A stretch of DNA of 64,000 nt from a virus (IMGVR_UViG_3300024999_000045:1-64000); one strand, 5' to 3'. Shown: positions 29,718 through 40,160, counted from the stretch's first letter. Translations and numbers: made by a program. Notes: generated by a model from the sequence alone, not told the origin.

Positions 29718-30066
29718 AGTTTATAAATTAACACATACTTACAATAAAGAGGATTCTAAAATTTATTTTAAGTCAACAATGAAACAAGATGATTTGTTAA
29801 AATTAATTAAAGTATGGCAGTATAAATTAGATGATATTGTAGAGGCAACTGATTTAGATGATGACGTTTTAATGAATATATTAGAAAGTTTTGGCTGTAT
29901 TAGACTTAGTGAAACTGATGATTTTAAAAGTTATACTGAGTTAAATGCATATATAATTTGGGAAGCTAGAAACATTAAAGTAAGTGAAGATGATATGAAT
30001 AATCTTAATTATAATAATTCAAAAGCACGTGAAATACTTAATAATTTTGTGGAATCAATGAAATAA
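29704..30066 (+). CDS. Hypothetical phage protein
   Basis: GGAGG RBS, overlaps upstream gene. Confidence 0.65.
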   Translation: MMKFKVYKLTHTYNKEDSKIYFKSTMKQDDLLKLIKVWQYKLDDIVEATDLDDDVLMNILESFGCIRLSETDDFKSYTELNAYIIWEARNIKVSEDDMNNLNYNNSKAREILNNFVESMK

Positions 30067-30109
30067 ATTTAAATAAAACAAGGTATTTATTTAGAAATAG
30101 GAGGATATT

Positions 30110-30604
30110 ATGGAGATATATGTAGTGACCGCAGGAAGTTATTCAGATTATCATATTCAATATGTTTTTACAGACAAAGAAAAGGCACAAAAATATGTTG
30201 ATTTACACTCTAATGACAGTTGGGATACACCAGAAATAGAGATATATGAAAGCATTGAAGAAGATTTAAATGAAATAAAATGTGTTGCTATACGTTATAA
30301 AATTCAAAATAATGAAGTTGACTATAATTTTAAAATAAAAACTCGTGTTTCCTTTGAAGATAACAAATTTGAAGATTATCATACATGTTTTCAGGATTAT
30401 AATTATTGTAATGAACAAGCAATTAATATAGGAAGAAGAATATATTTAAAAGATTTTAATGAAGAGCAATTAAAAAACAAATACGAAAAAGTATGTCAAG
30501 ATTTATTAAAACAAATTAATTATCTAAAAAGTATAGGTATGAGTGAAAAACAAATAAGAGATGTTTTAGAAAATAAAGCTGATGAATTGATTGGCGAAAA
30601 TTAA
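30110..30604 (+). CDS. Hypothetical phage protein
   Basis: IYVVTAGSYSDYHI N-terminus; AGGAGG RBS. Confidence 0.7.
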   Translation: MEIYVVTAGSYSDYHIQYVFTDKEKAQKYVDLHSNDSWDTPEIEIYESIEEDLNEIKCVAIRYKIQNNEVDYNFKIKTRVSFEDNKFEDYHTCFQDYNYCNEQAINIGRRIYLKDFNEEQLKNKYEKVCQDLLKQINYLKSIGMSEKQIRDVLENKADELIGEN

Positions 30605-30890
30605 ATGAAAGAACGCTTTTATTTAAAGTTAGGTAAAGTATAAATATAATAACAAATATTACAATAAAATCAGAAATTTATTCAAAAGGAGATAAAAATG
30701 ATTAATTTATTTCATAAACATCAGTGGGTATTTCAAGCTAAACATAATCATTGTCAAGAAAATCTTTGGTTTTGTCTAATATGTAGGAAATATTATGTTC
30801 AACATTATGGTTTAGGTATTGGATATGTAACAAAGTTTCAAAAATATTTTTTAGAAAGTTTTAATTAAATTTATTTAAAAGGAGAAAATT

Positions 30891-31130
30891 ATGGAAAATC
30901 AAACAGAAAACTATATTATATTAAAACCTATTGCAGAAAGATTTAATAAGGTTGCAAGTTCAATAACAGATGAAGATATTAAAAGTTTAATTTTTAGTGA
31001 AATGAGAAATAAATTACAAGCTATTGATTTTAGGTCTGAGATTGAAGAAATTATTGGTGATTATTTAGACAATAATTCAGATGAGGTTTTAGGTTTATTT
31101 AAAACTCAATTAATAAATAAATTTAAATAA
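30891..31130 (+). CDS. Hypothetical phage protein
   Basis: AAGGAG RBS. Confidence 0.65.
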   Translation: MENQTENYIILKPIAERFNKVASSITDEDIKSLIFSEMRNKLQAIDFRSEIEEIIGDYLDNNSDEVLGLFKTQLINKFK

Positions 31131-31140
31131 AGGAGAAAAT

Positions 31141-31473
31141 ATGCCAACAAAAATCACAGATGGAACCATGTATTTAACAGATCAAAATGGCAATAAAATT
31201 GAATTTGGCAATGTGGTAGAGTTAGATTTTGGCACGGTTTATGAATATGACCAAAATTGTTTTCAAAACTTTAAAAATCAAGAGTTTTCTATATCATGTA
31301 AAGCAAAAATATATCCACAATTATATAAATATATATTAGAAGATGAGCTTGATAGCGACAAAAAGAGAGAATTTAATAGAGTGTGTAATATTTATAAAAG
31401 AGTTAAGAAGTCCAGAATAAAAGAAAAGTTAAGAAAAAGAATAGAAAAGTTATTTTTAAAGTGTTTTAAATAA
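31141..31473 (+). CDS. Hypothetical phage protein
   Basis: AAGGAG RBS. Confidence 0.65.
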   Translation: MPTKITDGTMYLTDQNGNKIEFGNVVELDFGTVYEYDQNCFQNFKNQEFSISCKAKIYPQLYKYILEDELDSDKKREFNRVCNIYKRVKKSRIKEKLRKRIEKLFLKCFK

Positions 31474-31514
31474 ATTTTGTATTTTATCAAAATATAAATA
31501 TAATAGGTGATTAA

Positions 31515-32258
31515 ATGTTAGAAATTAATAAAATATATAATCAAGATTGTTTAGAGGGTATGAAACTAATAAATGATAAGTCAATAGATATGATATTGTG
31601 CGATTTGCCATATGGACAAACGGCAAGAAATAAGTGGGATACACAATTACCTTTTGACCAATTATGGAAACAATACGAACGAATAATAAAAGATAATGGA
31701 ATTATTATATTATTTGCAAATGGAATGTTTACCGCAGATCTAATGACAAGTAATAAAAAACTTTGGAAATACAATTTAGTTTGGAATAAAGTTCTTCCTA
31801 GTGGGTTCTTAAATGCTAAGAAAATGCCTATGAGAAGTCATGAAGATATATGTATATTTTATAAAAAACCACCTAAATACAACCCTCAAATGGTTGAAGG
31901 TAATGAATGCCATAGCAGGGGTAATGTAATAGGTAAAAAACAAGAGGACTTTTCTAGAAACACAAATTACGGTGAGTTAAAAGCTGTACAAACTGAGGGT
32001 AATTTAAAATACCCAAAAAGTATTTTAACTTTTCAAAAACCTCATCCTTCTACTACTATACACCCAACACAGAAACCAGTCGAATGTTTAGAATGGCTAA
32101 TAAAAACTTATACAAATGAAAATGAATTAATTTTAGATAATTGTGTAGGTTCTGGAAGCACAATTGTGGCTGCTATCAATACTAATAGAAATTATATAGG
32201 ATTTGAATTAGAGGAAAATTACTATAAAGCAGCTTTAGAGAGAATTAATAAAATTTAA
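31515..32258 (+). CDS. Orphan N6-adenine/N4-cytosine DNA methyltransferase (beta class)
   Basis: DLPY catalytic motif, HPTQKP, LDNCVGSGST SAM-binding motif. Confidence 0.9.
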   Translation: MLEINKIYNQDCLEGMKLINDKSIDMILCDLPYGQTARNKWDTQLPFDQLWKQYERIIKDNGIIILFANGMFTADLMTSNKKLWKYNLVWNKVLPSGFLNAKKMPMRSHEDICIFYKKPPKYNPQMVEGNECHSRGNVIGKKQEDFSRNTNYGELKAVQTEGNLKYPKSILTFQKPHPSTTIHPTQKPVECLEWLIKTYTNENELILDNCVGSGSTIVAAINTNRNYIGFELEENYYKAALERINKI

Positions 32259-32503
32259 TAAAAATACTATTTTCTAAAAGGAGATTAAGTTATGGATAAT
32301 TTATGTGCGTGGATTTCATTAATTAGTGGTTGTTATTTTATATTTTTTGCACTAATAGCAAACACAGAAAACTTTGCATCAGCTTTAATGTTTAAGGTAT
32401 TCCCATTTTTCTTTGGGATTGGAAATGTATATGTGGCTTTAAAGTTATTTGATGTAATTATATTTAAATAAAAGGCAGAGTTTATTTAAAGAAAGGATAA
32501 ATT

Positions 32504-32770
32504 ATGAATAGCATTTCACAATTTTGTAGTATTTGTCATAAAGAAATAAAAGTAGAAGTTAGTATTTCTAATTGCTTATTTTATGAATATTGGTTTGATA
32601 TAAAAAGGCATTATCATTATAAATTTAGGCATAAAAAGCAATTTTTCACAAGTAAAGGAATAATAAAAAGATGGTTTGGATTTATAATTTTATTGTTAAT
32701 AACAGGTTTATTTGCACCTTTATATTTAATAACATATCCATTTAAAGCATTACACGAATACTTATTTTAG
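32504..32770 (+). CDS. Hypothetical membrane protein
   Basis: C-terminal hydrophobic segment. Confidence 0.6.
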   Translation: MNSISQFCSICHKEIKVEVSISNCLFYEYWFDIKRHYHYKFRHKKQFFTSKGIIKRWFGFIILLLITGLFAPLYLITYPFKALHEYLF

Positions 32771-32782
32771 AAAGGACAAATT

Positions 32783-33037
32783 ATGAATATTGACGAAGCG
32801 AAAGACATTTTACAAGTATTTGTAGATATATATGAGTATGGTAAAGGTTTTGGTGAGAAAAATAGTAAGTTTGAAGCAATACACGATGAATATGTTGCAA
32901 CAAAAACACTATTAGATCATTGTAAAACACTTGAAAAAGAAGTTACACAATTAGCAATTGAGAGTATTGAACGAGAAAAATTATTGGCAAGGCTTGAAGC
33001 TGAGATAATGGCGGTTATAAATCATAAAGAAATGTGA
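32783..33037 (+). CDS. Hypothetical phage protein
   Basis: AAAGGA RBS. Confidence 0.65.
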   Translation: MNIDEAKDILQVFVDIYEYGKGFGEKNSKFEAIHDEYVATKTLLDHCKTLEKEVTQLAIESIEREKLLARLEAEIMAVINHKEM

Positions 33038-33071
33038 TAAAAGTAAAGTTTTATATAAAAAGGAGAAAATT

Positions 33072-33452
33072 ATGAGTGTAGAACATTATCATTGTGAAAG
33101 TTGTGAGGAAAGTATATATGAAGAATATGTAGGACATTGTGCTGAATGTCAAAAGAGAATATGTACTTTTTGTACAATAAATAATGAAATTGATTCAAAT
33201 TATGAATATGATTATAGGCTTAAATATGATGGCAGTAAAGAACAAAGAGAAGAATATGGATTTGATGAAGATTCATATGAAATAGGTGAACCCATTGAGG
33301 ATGTAGGGATTGACCCAAAATATTGTCCATTTTGTATTGGAAATCAATATACAAGTGATGATTTGTTAAATTATCTTTTGGCTAAATATAATTTGACTGA
33401 AGAGTCTGTGAAAGAAGAATATTTTAAAAATAGACAGTCTACAGTCCTTTAA
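33072..33452 (+). CDS. Cys-rich zinc-finger hypothetical protein
   Basis: CESC, CAEC, CTFC, CPFC. Confidence 0.7.
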   Translation: MSVEHYHCESCEESIYEEYVGHCAECQKRICTFCTINNEIDSNYEYDYRLKYDGSKEQREEYGFDEDSYEIGEPIEDVGIDPKYCPFCIGNQYTSDDLLNYLLAKYNLTEESVKEEYFKNRQSTVL

Positions 33453-33539
33453 AATCAAGGGTTGTAAAATGAGATATTTAGATAAAATGATTTTTTTATT
33501 TAGATATTAAAGCATAAATATAATAATAAGGTGGATAAT

Positions 33540-35021
33540 ATGAAGAAAATAGAGGTTATTGAATTTTTTGCAGGTATAGGTAGTCAGAAAAAATCTTTAG
33601 ATAGACAAAAAATTGGAAATGAAGTAATAGCAATTTCTGAATGGGATGTAAATGCATTAATATCATATGACGCAATACATACTGACGATGGAATAGATTA
33701 TTCAAAAGGTTTAACTAAAAAGGAAATTTTAGAAAAGTTGAAAAATTTTACATTCTCAACCGATGGGAAGAAACCTTGTAATAAAGAGAGAATAAAAGAA
33801 AAAACTTTAAGGCAATTATATAATTGCCTTAAAGTTTTTAAAAATATGGGTGATATTACAAAAATTAATAAAACACCAAATGCAAATTTATGGACATATT
33901 CTTTCCCATGCCAGGATATCAGTCTGGCTGGAAAACAAGCTGGTATAAAAGAAGGAACTAGATCAGGATTATTATTCGAAGTTGAAAGATTATTAGAAAT
34001 TTGTAAAGCAAACGAAGAATTACCAGAGTATTTACTACTTGAAAATGTAAAGAATTTAGTAGGTAAAGAATTTAAATCAGATTTTAATATATGGTTAGAT
34101 AAGCTTGAACAACTAGGATACAATAATTATTGGAAAATAGTAAATGCAAAAGATTGTTTAATCCCACAAAATAGAGAACGAGTTTTTTGTATAAGTATAA
34201 GAAAAGATATTAATAAAGAGTTTGATTTTCCAGAAAAACAAGAATTAGTATTAAGATTAAAAGATATTTTAGAAGATGAGGTTGATGAAAAGTACTATAT
34301 AAATAAAAATTGGCACTTTTCAACTGATTTAGACGAAAAACATGACACAAATGAAATAGCACAAATAGATAATGTTAACTTTAAATCACTTAGAACTATA
34401 ACAGACTTAAATAAAATATGCCGGTGTTTAGATACGATGGGTGGTGGTCAGAGAGAACCTAAAATTATTTGTGAACAAAGAACAGATGAGGGTTTAAGAT
34501 TTTTTAAAGATAATATATATGGCACTATTAGAACCATTGATTCTGGTGGTGATAAAAGAGTAATAGAAATTGAAGAATCTACTATCATAGCCCAAAGAGG
34601 TCGTTATAATGATGATGGTGAAATTGAACAACAATTTGAGAAAAGAAAAGATGGTCTGACTAATACTATTGCCACAGTTCAAAAAGATAATTTAATTCTA
34701 GAAAAACAAGAGCCTAAAATAATAACTGTAGGTCAAGTCTCAAACGAAGGTAGTCAATCAGGCAAAGTTTATTCAGATGGAGGAATATTCCCTACAGTAT
34801 GTGCTTGTACTCATGGATATGCTATCGGAAATATTGAAACTAATTATCGCATAAGAAAACTTACCCCAAAAGAATGCTGGCGTTTAATGGGGTTTGATGA
34901 TGAAGATATTGAAAAATGTATTGCTAAAGGAATTTCTGATTCACAGTTATACAAGCAGGCAGGAAATAGCATTGTAGTTCAATGTCTAGATGGAATATTT
35001 GAAAACTTATTTTTAAAATAA
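33540..35021 (+). CDS. Orphan C5-cytosine DNA methyltransferase with long variable region
   Basis: FFAGIG, FPCQD, ENVK, QNRERVF, RKLTPKECWRLMGF, YKQAGNS. Confidence 0.93.
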   Translation: MKKIEVIEFFAGIGSQKKSLDRQKIGNEVIAISEWDVNALISYDAIHTDDGIDYSKGLTKKEILEKLKNFTFSTDGKKPCNKERIKEKTLRQLYNCLKVFKNMGDITKINKTPNANLWTYSFPCQDISLAGKQAGIKEGTRSGLLFEVERLLEICKANEELPEYLLLENVKNLVGKEFKSDFNIWLDKLEQLGYNNYWKIVNAKDCLIPQNRERVFCISIRKDINKEFDFPEKQELVLRLKDILEDEVDEKYYINKNWHFSTDLDEKHDTNEIAQIDNVNFKSLRTITDLNKICRCLDTMGGGQREPKIICEQRTDEGLRFFKDNIYGTIRTIDSGGDKRVIEIEESTIIAQRGRYNDDGEIEQQFEKRKDGLTNTIATVQKDNLILEKQEPKIITVGQVSNEGSQSGKVYSDGGIFPTVCACTHGYAIGNIETNYRIRKLTPKECWRLMGFDDEDIEKCIAKGISDSQLYKQAGNSIVVQCLDGIFENLFLK

Positions 35022-35118
35022 AATAAACTTTAAAAAACGTAGTATAAGCGAGTATGAGTGAGACTGAGAGAGTTTGATAATCCAATGTTTAAATAAAACA
35101 CAACTTTCATTTAATAAT

Positions 35119-35185
35119 AAAATAAAGTAATTCACGTCATTGACAAGCATTAAAAATTAGTATATAATATAAACATAACAACAAT
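35119..35185 (+). promoter_or_regulatory. Duplicated promoter/operator element, copy 1
   Basis: aaaataaagtaattcacgtcaTTGACAag-17-TATAAT-ataaacataac; near-identical copy at 61772. Confidence 0.85.
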
Positions 35186-35205
35186 CGTGAGCAAGGAGGT
35201 TAAAC

Positions 35206-35451
35206 ATGAAAGTTAGAGTATTAAAAGTTACGGATACAAATGAAAAAAGTAAATATGAAAGAATTTGGAATAGCACAAGAATGCTACCATTTTTAGAAAT
35301 AGGAGCACCAATGTATTTAGAATATGCCGACGATCCTAATTTAGTAAGAACAACTAGTCAAGTAATTGGATTTCAAGAAAATTTAGATGAAAAAATTAAG
35401 ACAATACATACATTAAATAGTATTTATACGTTAGAAGTATTGGAGGAATAA
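35206..35451 (+). CDS. Hypothetical phage protein
   Basis: AAGGAGG RBS. Confidence 0.7.
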   Translation: MKVRVLKVTDTNEKSKYERIWNSTRMLPFLEIGAPMYLEYADDPNLVRTTSQVIGFQENLDEKIKTIHTLNSIYTLEVLEE

Positions 35452-35452
35452 G

Positions 35453-36055
35453 ATGAGAAATCCAGATAGAATTAAACCATTTTTAGAAGAAATAGAAAAA
35501 GTAGAAGAAGTTTGGAGCGATATTAAAGGATATGAAAATTTATATCAAGTTAATGTATTTGGAGAAATAAAATCAATTTATAATAATATAATTTTAAAAC
35601 CATGGATAAATTCTTGTGGTTATATGAATATAAAATTAAGTGTAAAAGGTAAAAGAAAAAACAAACAAATACATAGATTAGTTGCAGAAGCATTTATCAG
35701 TAATGATGAAAATAAAAAAGAGGTAAATCATATAGACGGAAATAAATCAAATAACAATATAAATAATTTAGAATGGGTTACTAGAAATGAAAATATTTTT
35801 CATGCTTATAAAATTGGATTATATGATAAAAATTTTAGAAAAATCATACAAATAAAAGACGATAAAATTATCAATATTTTTAATAGCATAAAAGAGGCGA
35901 GCGAAAAAACAGGAATTAATAATGGTTGCATTTGTTCATGTTGTGGAGAAAAATATAGATATAAAACCGCTGGTGGTTACACATGGAAATACTATGAAGA
36001 GACTGAGTTATTAATAGAATTAAAGAAATTTAAAGAAGATGTTTTAGGAAAATAA
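35453..36055 (+). CDS. NUMOD4-HNH homing endonuclease with NUMOD1-like C domain
   Basis: VWSDIKGYE.LYQV; IHRLVAEAF; VNHIDGNKSNNNINNLEW; FNSIKEASE...AGGYTW. Confidence 0.88.
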   Translation: MRNPDRIKPFLEEIEKVEEVWSDIKGYENLYQVNVFGEIKSIYNNIILKPWINSCGYMNIKLSVKGKRKNKQIHRLVAEAFISNDENKKEVNHIDGNKSNNNINNLEWVTRNENIFHAYKIGLYDKNFRKIIQIKDDKIINIFNSIKEASEKTGINNGCICSCCGEKYRYKTAGGYTWKYYEETELLIELKKFKEDVLGK

Positions 36056-36127
36056 TTAAGTAAAAGCAATATTTCATTTAAAAATATAAAAAATATGGGT
36101 TATGACCAACATAAAAGGAGAATTAAA

Positions 36128-36304
36128 ATGACAAATTTAATTAACAAAGAAATTACAAAAGAAAATCTTAATAAAGAAATAGATAATTCAAATATTATAT
36201 TTATAGAAGAAATTGATCCTAATGAAATTAAAAGGTTGTTTAATGAACTTCAAGAAAATTTAAGCAGTCTTTATAAAATATTTTTAAAAGGAAATTTAAT
36301 TTAA
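36128..36304 (+). CDS. Hypothetical phage protein
   Basis: AAAGGAG RBS before ATG 36128. Confidence 0.55.
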   Translation: MTNLINKEITKENLNKEIDNSNIIFIEEIDPNEIKRLFNELQENLSSLYKIFLKGNLI

Positions 36305-36337
36305 AATATAAAAATGTCAATCAAAAAGGAGAAAATT

Positions 36338-36583
36338 ATGAGAATTTTATTTAAAGATATTAATAAAAAAGAATCAAATAGAAACGATATTGCTTTTATA
36401 AAATTAGAAATAAATGATAATTATTCAGAATTTATAAAAACCTTAAAAGAATTAAAAGAATTTGTTGATTATAATGACGGCAGTGTTTATAGAATAGATG
36501 GAATTAATTTAATTATACCTGGTTTTGAAATAGGCGTTCCAACTATTGAAGTTGTAGGACACGTTATTTTGGATCTTAAATAA
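36338..36583 (+). CDS. Hypothetical phage protein
   Basis: AAGGAG RBS before ATG 36338; loosely similar to 38655..38900. Confidence 0.6.
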   Translation: MRILFKDINKKESNRNDIAFIKLEINDNYSEFIKTLKELKEFVDYNDGSVYRIDGINLIIPGFEIGVPTIEVVGHVILDLK

Positions 36584-36647
36584 ACTAAAAATATGGAGAA
36601 CTTGCAAGTAATAAAGTGTAGCTACACCTCCTAACGTGGGAGGAAAT

Positions 36648-37730
36648 ATGTCTAAAGAAGTTAAAATAATTTATTGTTATGATGAATTAGGTAATGCTAT
36701 ACATTATTTAAAAGTGATAAAAGGTAAAAAATATTTTTGTATAGATTGTGGTTCGGAATTAATATGTAAACATGGAACAAAAAAAATAAAACATTTATCG
36801 CATAAAAATACCGAAGAGTGTGGAGGAACAGGTGAATCAATATTTCATAAACATTGGAAAGAAAATTTATTTAAAGCAGGGATGTTTATAGATATTGCTA
36901 TTAGAATGAATAAGCCAGAAAATATAGAAATATTAGAGGTTTTAAATGAGGTTTCATTAAATAAAAGATATAATAAAGAGTGGGATATAGAAATAATTGT
37001 AGATGTATTACTTATTACAAATAAAGGTGATATTGTTGTTGAAATCAATTATAAAAATCCTAAAGATTGGATTAAACTAAAGCCATATTATAATGAATTA
37101 AATTTGTTGAGAATATATGAAGTTAAAGTAGATAAAAATATAAATACAAAGTTGGAATGGTTTAGTTTTGAAACAGAAGAAATAAAAAAAATAGAAGATC
37201 AAAAAGAAATAATAGAATATGAAAAACAAAAAGAAAAAGATAGAATAAAAGAAATAAAAATAGCGGAATATGCAGAGAAACGTGCAGAGATTAGAAAAAA
37301 AACAAAGATAGAAAAAAATCTAGAAAAAGAAAGAATTAAAAATGAATTATTATTAGAAAAAGAAAAAATCATTAAAGAGGAACGTGAAAAGATAAGAGAA
37401 ATGTTAAAAAATGGAACAGCAAAAAAATATAAAATATTTTTTAATTATAAAATTGATTTGCGAAAAATTGATGATAATTATTGTATGTTGCATTGTTTAT
37501 CAGAAATAAAGCCATCACAATATAAAAAAATAAAATTAAAGTTTAGCATTGATAAATTTAGTTATAAAATATTATATGAAAATTTTAATACATCTTATGG
37601 AATTAAATGCTGTGATGTTATTGTAAAAAACACACTTACAGAAGATAATTTTCATGAAGTTCTTGCCTTTGGTGTTAAATGTGATGCAATATATAATAAA
37701 CCTTTATATATACAATTGTGTAATATTTAA
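36648..37730 (+). CDS. CoiA-like zinc-finger PD-(D/E)XK nuclease-family protein
   Basis: YFCIDCGSEL...KHLSH...GESIFHK; IIVDVL...VVEI; coiled-coil middle. Confidence 0.65.
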   Translation: MSKEVKIIYCYDELGNAIHYLKVIKGKKYFCIDCGSELICKHGTKKIKHLSHKNTEECGGTGESIFHKHWKENLFKAGMFIDIAIRMNKPENIEILEVLNEVSLNKRYNKEWDIEIIVDVLLITNKGDIVVEINYKNPKDWIKLKPYYNELNLLRIYEVKVDKNINTKLEWFSFETEEIKKIEDQKEIIEYEKQKEKDRIKEIKIAEYAEKRAEIRKKTKIEKNLEKERIKNELLLEKEKIIKEEREKIREMLKNGTAKKYKIFFNYKIDLRKIDDNYCMLHCLSEIKPSQYKKIKLKFSIDKFSYKILYENFNTSYGIKCCDVIVKNTLTEDNFHEVLAFGVKCDAIYNKPLYIQLCNI

Positions 37731-37775
37731 TTATAAAATATAAACATTATAATAATAAATTAAAAGGAGGGTATA

Positions 37776-38132
37776 ATGAGTGTAAAATATAAGAGAAAAG
37801 CAAATAAGATGGTTAAAGAAATTAAATATATTTTTGGAGCTAGTAGAATAGAAGCCAAGCATCATTTGTTTGATGATTTATATAATACACTTGCAGATAT
37901 ATTTAATGATATTTTATGTGGAGATTTAATAAGTGATGACGCATATGAATTTTTTAATACATCAGAGGATGAGATAGATGTAATTCAGAAGTTATCAAAG
38001 ACCGAAACAGACGCAGACGAAAAATTTGAGATAAAAATAAATAAAGCTTGGGAAGAAAATTCAGACGAAGATATATTAGAATTTGTTGAACAATATAAGA
38101 TTTTTAGAATTTCAGAGTTTAGAGGGTTTTAG
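37776..38132 (+). CDS. Hypothetical phage protein
   Basis: AAGGAGG RBS. Confidence 0.7.
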   Translation: MSVKYKRKANKMVKEIKYIFGASRIEAKHHLFDDLYNTLADIFNDILCGDLISDDAYEFFNTSEDEIDVIQKLSKTETDADEKFEIKINKAWEENSDEDILEFVEQYKIFRISEFRGF

Positions 38133-38279
38133 ATAATAACATAAATAAAATAACAAAAGGAGAAAATATGAAAGCTTTAAAAAGTGATTTTGAAAATTTA
38201 TCTAAAGTTTGGGTTGATTTTAGTGAAGAAATGAAAGATTGTATTATAAATGGAATTTTAAATAAAATATAAAAGGAGA

Positions 38280-38621
38280 ATGAAAATGAAAGTTAATATA
38301 TTTAACATGAAAAAAGACAATGATGTATTAATACAATTAGGAGATTTATTTTTAGATGAAATTAATAAAGTTTATATGGTAGTTCAAAATAATAGTGATA
38401 ATCGAAAATGGCAGCTAATGAATTTAACTGATAATACCTTTTTAAATGGGTTATCTAGGGTAAAAGACGATGTTGGTATTTTACATAACGTATCTCTTAA
38501 TTTAGAAGGAATGACAGTTTTAGAAGCATATAAAAATATCTATGAAGTTTTTAAAAGAACAGATTTTACCATACATTATTCTGTTGATGAATATAAAATT
38601 AATTTATATATAAATGAATAA
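38280..38621 (+). CDS. Hypothetical phage protein
   Basis: AAGGAG RBS. Confidence 0.65.
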   Translation: MKMKVNIFNMKKDNDVLIQLGDLFLDEINKVYMVVQNNSDNRKWQLMNLTDNTFLNGLSRVKDDVGILHNVSLNLEGMTVLEAYKNIYEVFKRTDFTIHYSVDEYKINLYINE

Positions 38622-38654
38622 TAGATATATAAAAGAGACTAAAAGGAGAAAATT

Positions 38655-38900
38655 ATGTTAATTAAAGTTATAGATAACGCAACAGTTGACACAGGAGTGA
38701 TTGCGTATATAGACCACAAGAATCCTATTGAATTTATAAAAATAATTAAAGAGGTTAATAGAATAAATATTAAAGGAAAGACGTGGATATATACTGACTG
38801 TGATTTTAATCCAACTTTTGATTATATAAGTATAGACGTTGTTCGCATTTTTGTTGATGAAGAGGATGAAGACGAAAACGAATTTAATGATTATGAGTAG
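38655..38900 (+). CDS. Hypothetical phage protein
   Basis: AAGGAG RBS. Confidence 0.65.
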   Translation: MLIKVIDNATVDTGVIAYIDHKNPIEFIKIIKEVNRINIKGKTWIYTDCDFNPTFDYISIDVVRIFVDEEDEDENEFNDYE

Positions 38901-38939
38901 TTTAAATAAAAAATACATTTTATCGAAAGGAAAACAAAT

Positions 38940-39827
38940 ATGGGAACAAATATTCAAGATTTATATCTTAAAGGTGAGAGAGTAGGAAATAAAATAGAAT
39001 ATATAACTACTAGTTCACCAATAAATAATATAAGTCGTGGTTGGAGAGCATTTAATGGTATTGAACCTAAAACATTTAGTTCTAGTTGCTCAGGGGATTG
39101 GTTAACAGCAGATTTTTCAAAAATAAAAACAGAGTTATCTAGAATATCAGATTATAATATAGGAGGAAACAACGTGAAAACAGAAGAACAAAAACAAGAT
39201 GAGTTACTAAAATTTATTGAGGAAAATGAAGTTGAACATGACGAAGAAAATGTTTATATGTACTTAGTTGTTGATTTAGAAGGTAAATCTCATAGATACT
39301 CAGAATTTAATTATAAAAAATGTGGATTTTATAGTTTATCAGACGCAGTTTATACACTTATTAGAAAAGACGCCGTTGAGAAAATAAAAGATTATTCAAA
39401 GAATGTATATGTGCATAAAAATGAAGTTATTAATACCAATTTTCTTTATGAAATAAATTATAAAATTATTAAGGTTAAAATTAATAAAAAAGATTTATTA
39501 GAAGTGTGTGGTATGGCATTAAAGTGTAATAAATTCGAAGTTATTTCAGAGGAAACTATTGAAAATTCATTTGAATTTGAAGTATTAGATATCGAATCTG
39601 ATAAAGAAACGTCTATACAATTAGCATTAGAGGGTATTTCAACTGATATATGCGTATACGAAACAAAACTAAAAAATACTGCAACTGGGAATGGTTTGAT
39701 ATTAAATATTTATGGGGAATTAAATATATCCCAAGAAGATATTAAGAAACTTATTGTCGATGAATTAGAAAGATTAAATAAAATATTTAACCAAAAACAA
39801 AATTTAAAAGGTAAAATAAAATTATAA
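38940..39827 (+). CDS. Hypothetical phage protein
   Basis: 295-aa ORF with AAAGGA RBS. Confidence 0.7.
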   Translation: MGTNIQDLYLKGERVGNKIEYITTSSPINNISRGWRAFNGIEPKTFSSSCSGDWLTADFSKIKTELSRISDYNIGGNNVKTEEQKQDELLKFIEENEVEHDEENVYMYLVVDLEGKSHRYSEFNYKKCGFYSLSDAVYTLIRKDAVEKIKDYSKNVYVHKNEVINTNFLYEINYKIIKVKINKKDLLEVCGMALKCNKFEVISEETIENSFEFEVLDIESDKETSIQLALEGISTDICVYETKLKNTATGNGLILNIYGELNISQEDIKKLIVDELERLNKIFNQKQNLKGKIKL

Positions 39828-39845
39828 TAATAAAGGAGAATTTAT

Positions 39846-40160
39846 ATGATGGCATTGGGAATTATAGGAGTAATATGTATGGTGGTTATTTTATTACCAT
39901 TAGAAATATTATTAAATGGATTTGTTTTAACAAAATTATGGTTTTGGTTTATTAATCCAATATTTGGATTAGCATTATTGACATTACCACAAGCAATGGG
40001 CTTATCATTAATAATTAGTTTTTTAACTCATCAAATTGTCGATACAGAGCCTAAAAAAGAAAGTGCTACGACTAAAATAGCAACATCGTTGGTAAGACTT
40101 TTTATAACTCCATTATTATTTTTATTAATAGGATTTATTATAAAACAATTTATGGGATAG
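39846..40160 (+). CDS. Hypothetical multi-pass membrane protein
   Basis: Three hydrophobic segments. Confidence 0.7.
   Translation: MMALGIIGVICMVVILLPLEILLNGFVLTKLWFWFINPIFGLALLTLPQAMGLSLIISFLTHQIVDTEPKKESATTKIATSLVRLFITPLLFLLIGFIIKQFMG

Noticed and set aside
31515-35021. Methyltransferases as part of a restriction-modification or BREX/DISARM defence island
   Set aside because: No restriction endonuclease or other system components are adjacent; orphan MTases are routine in large temperate phages.
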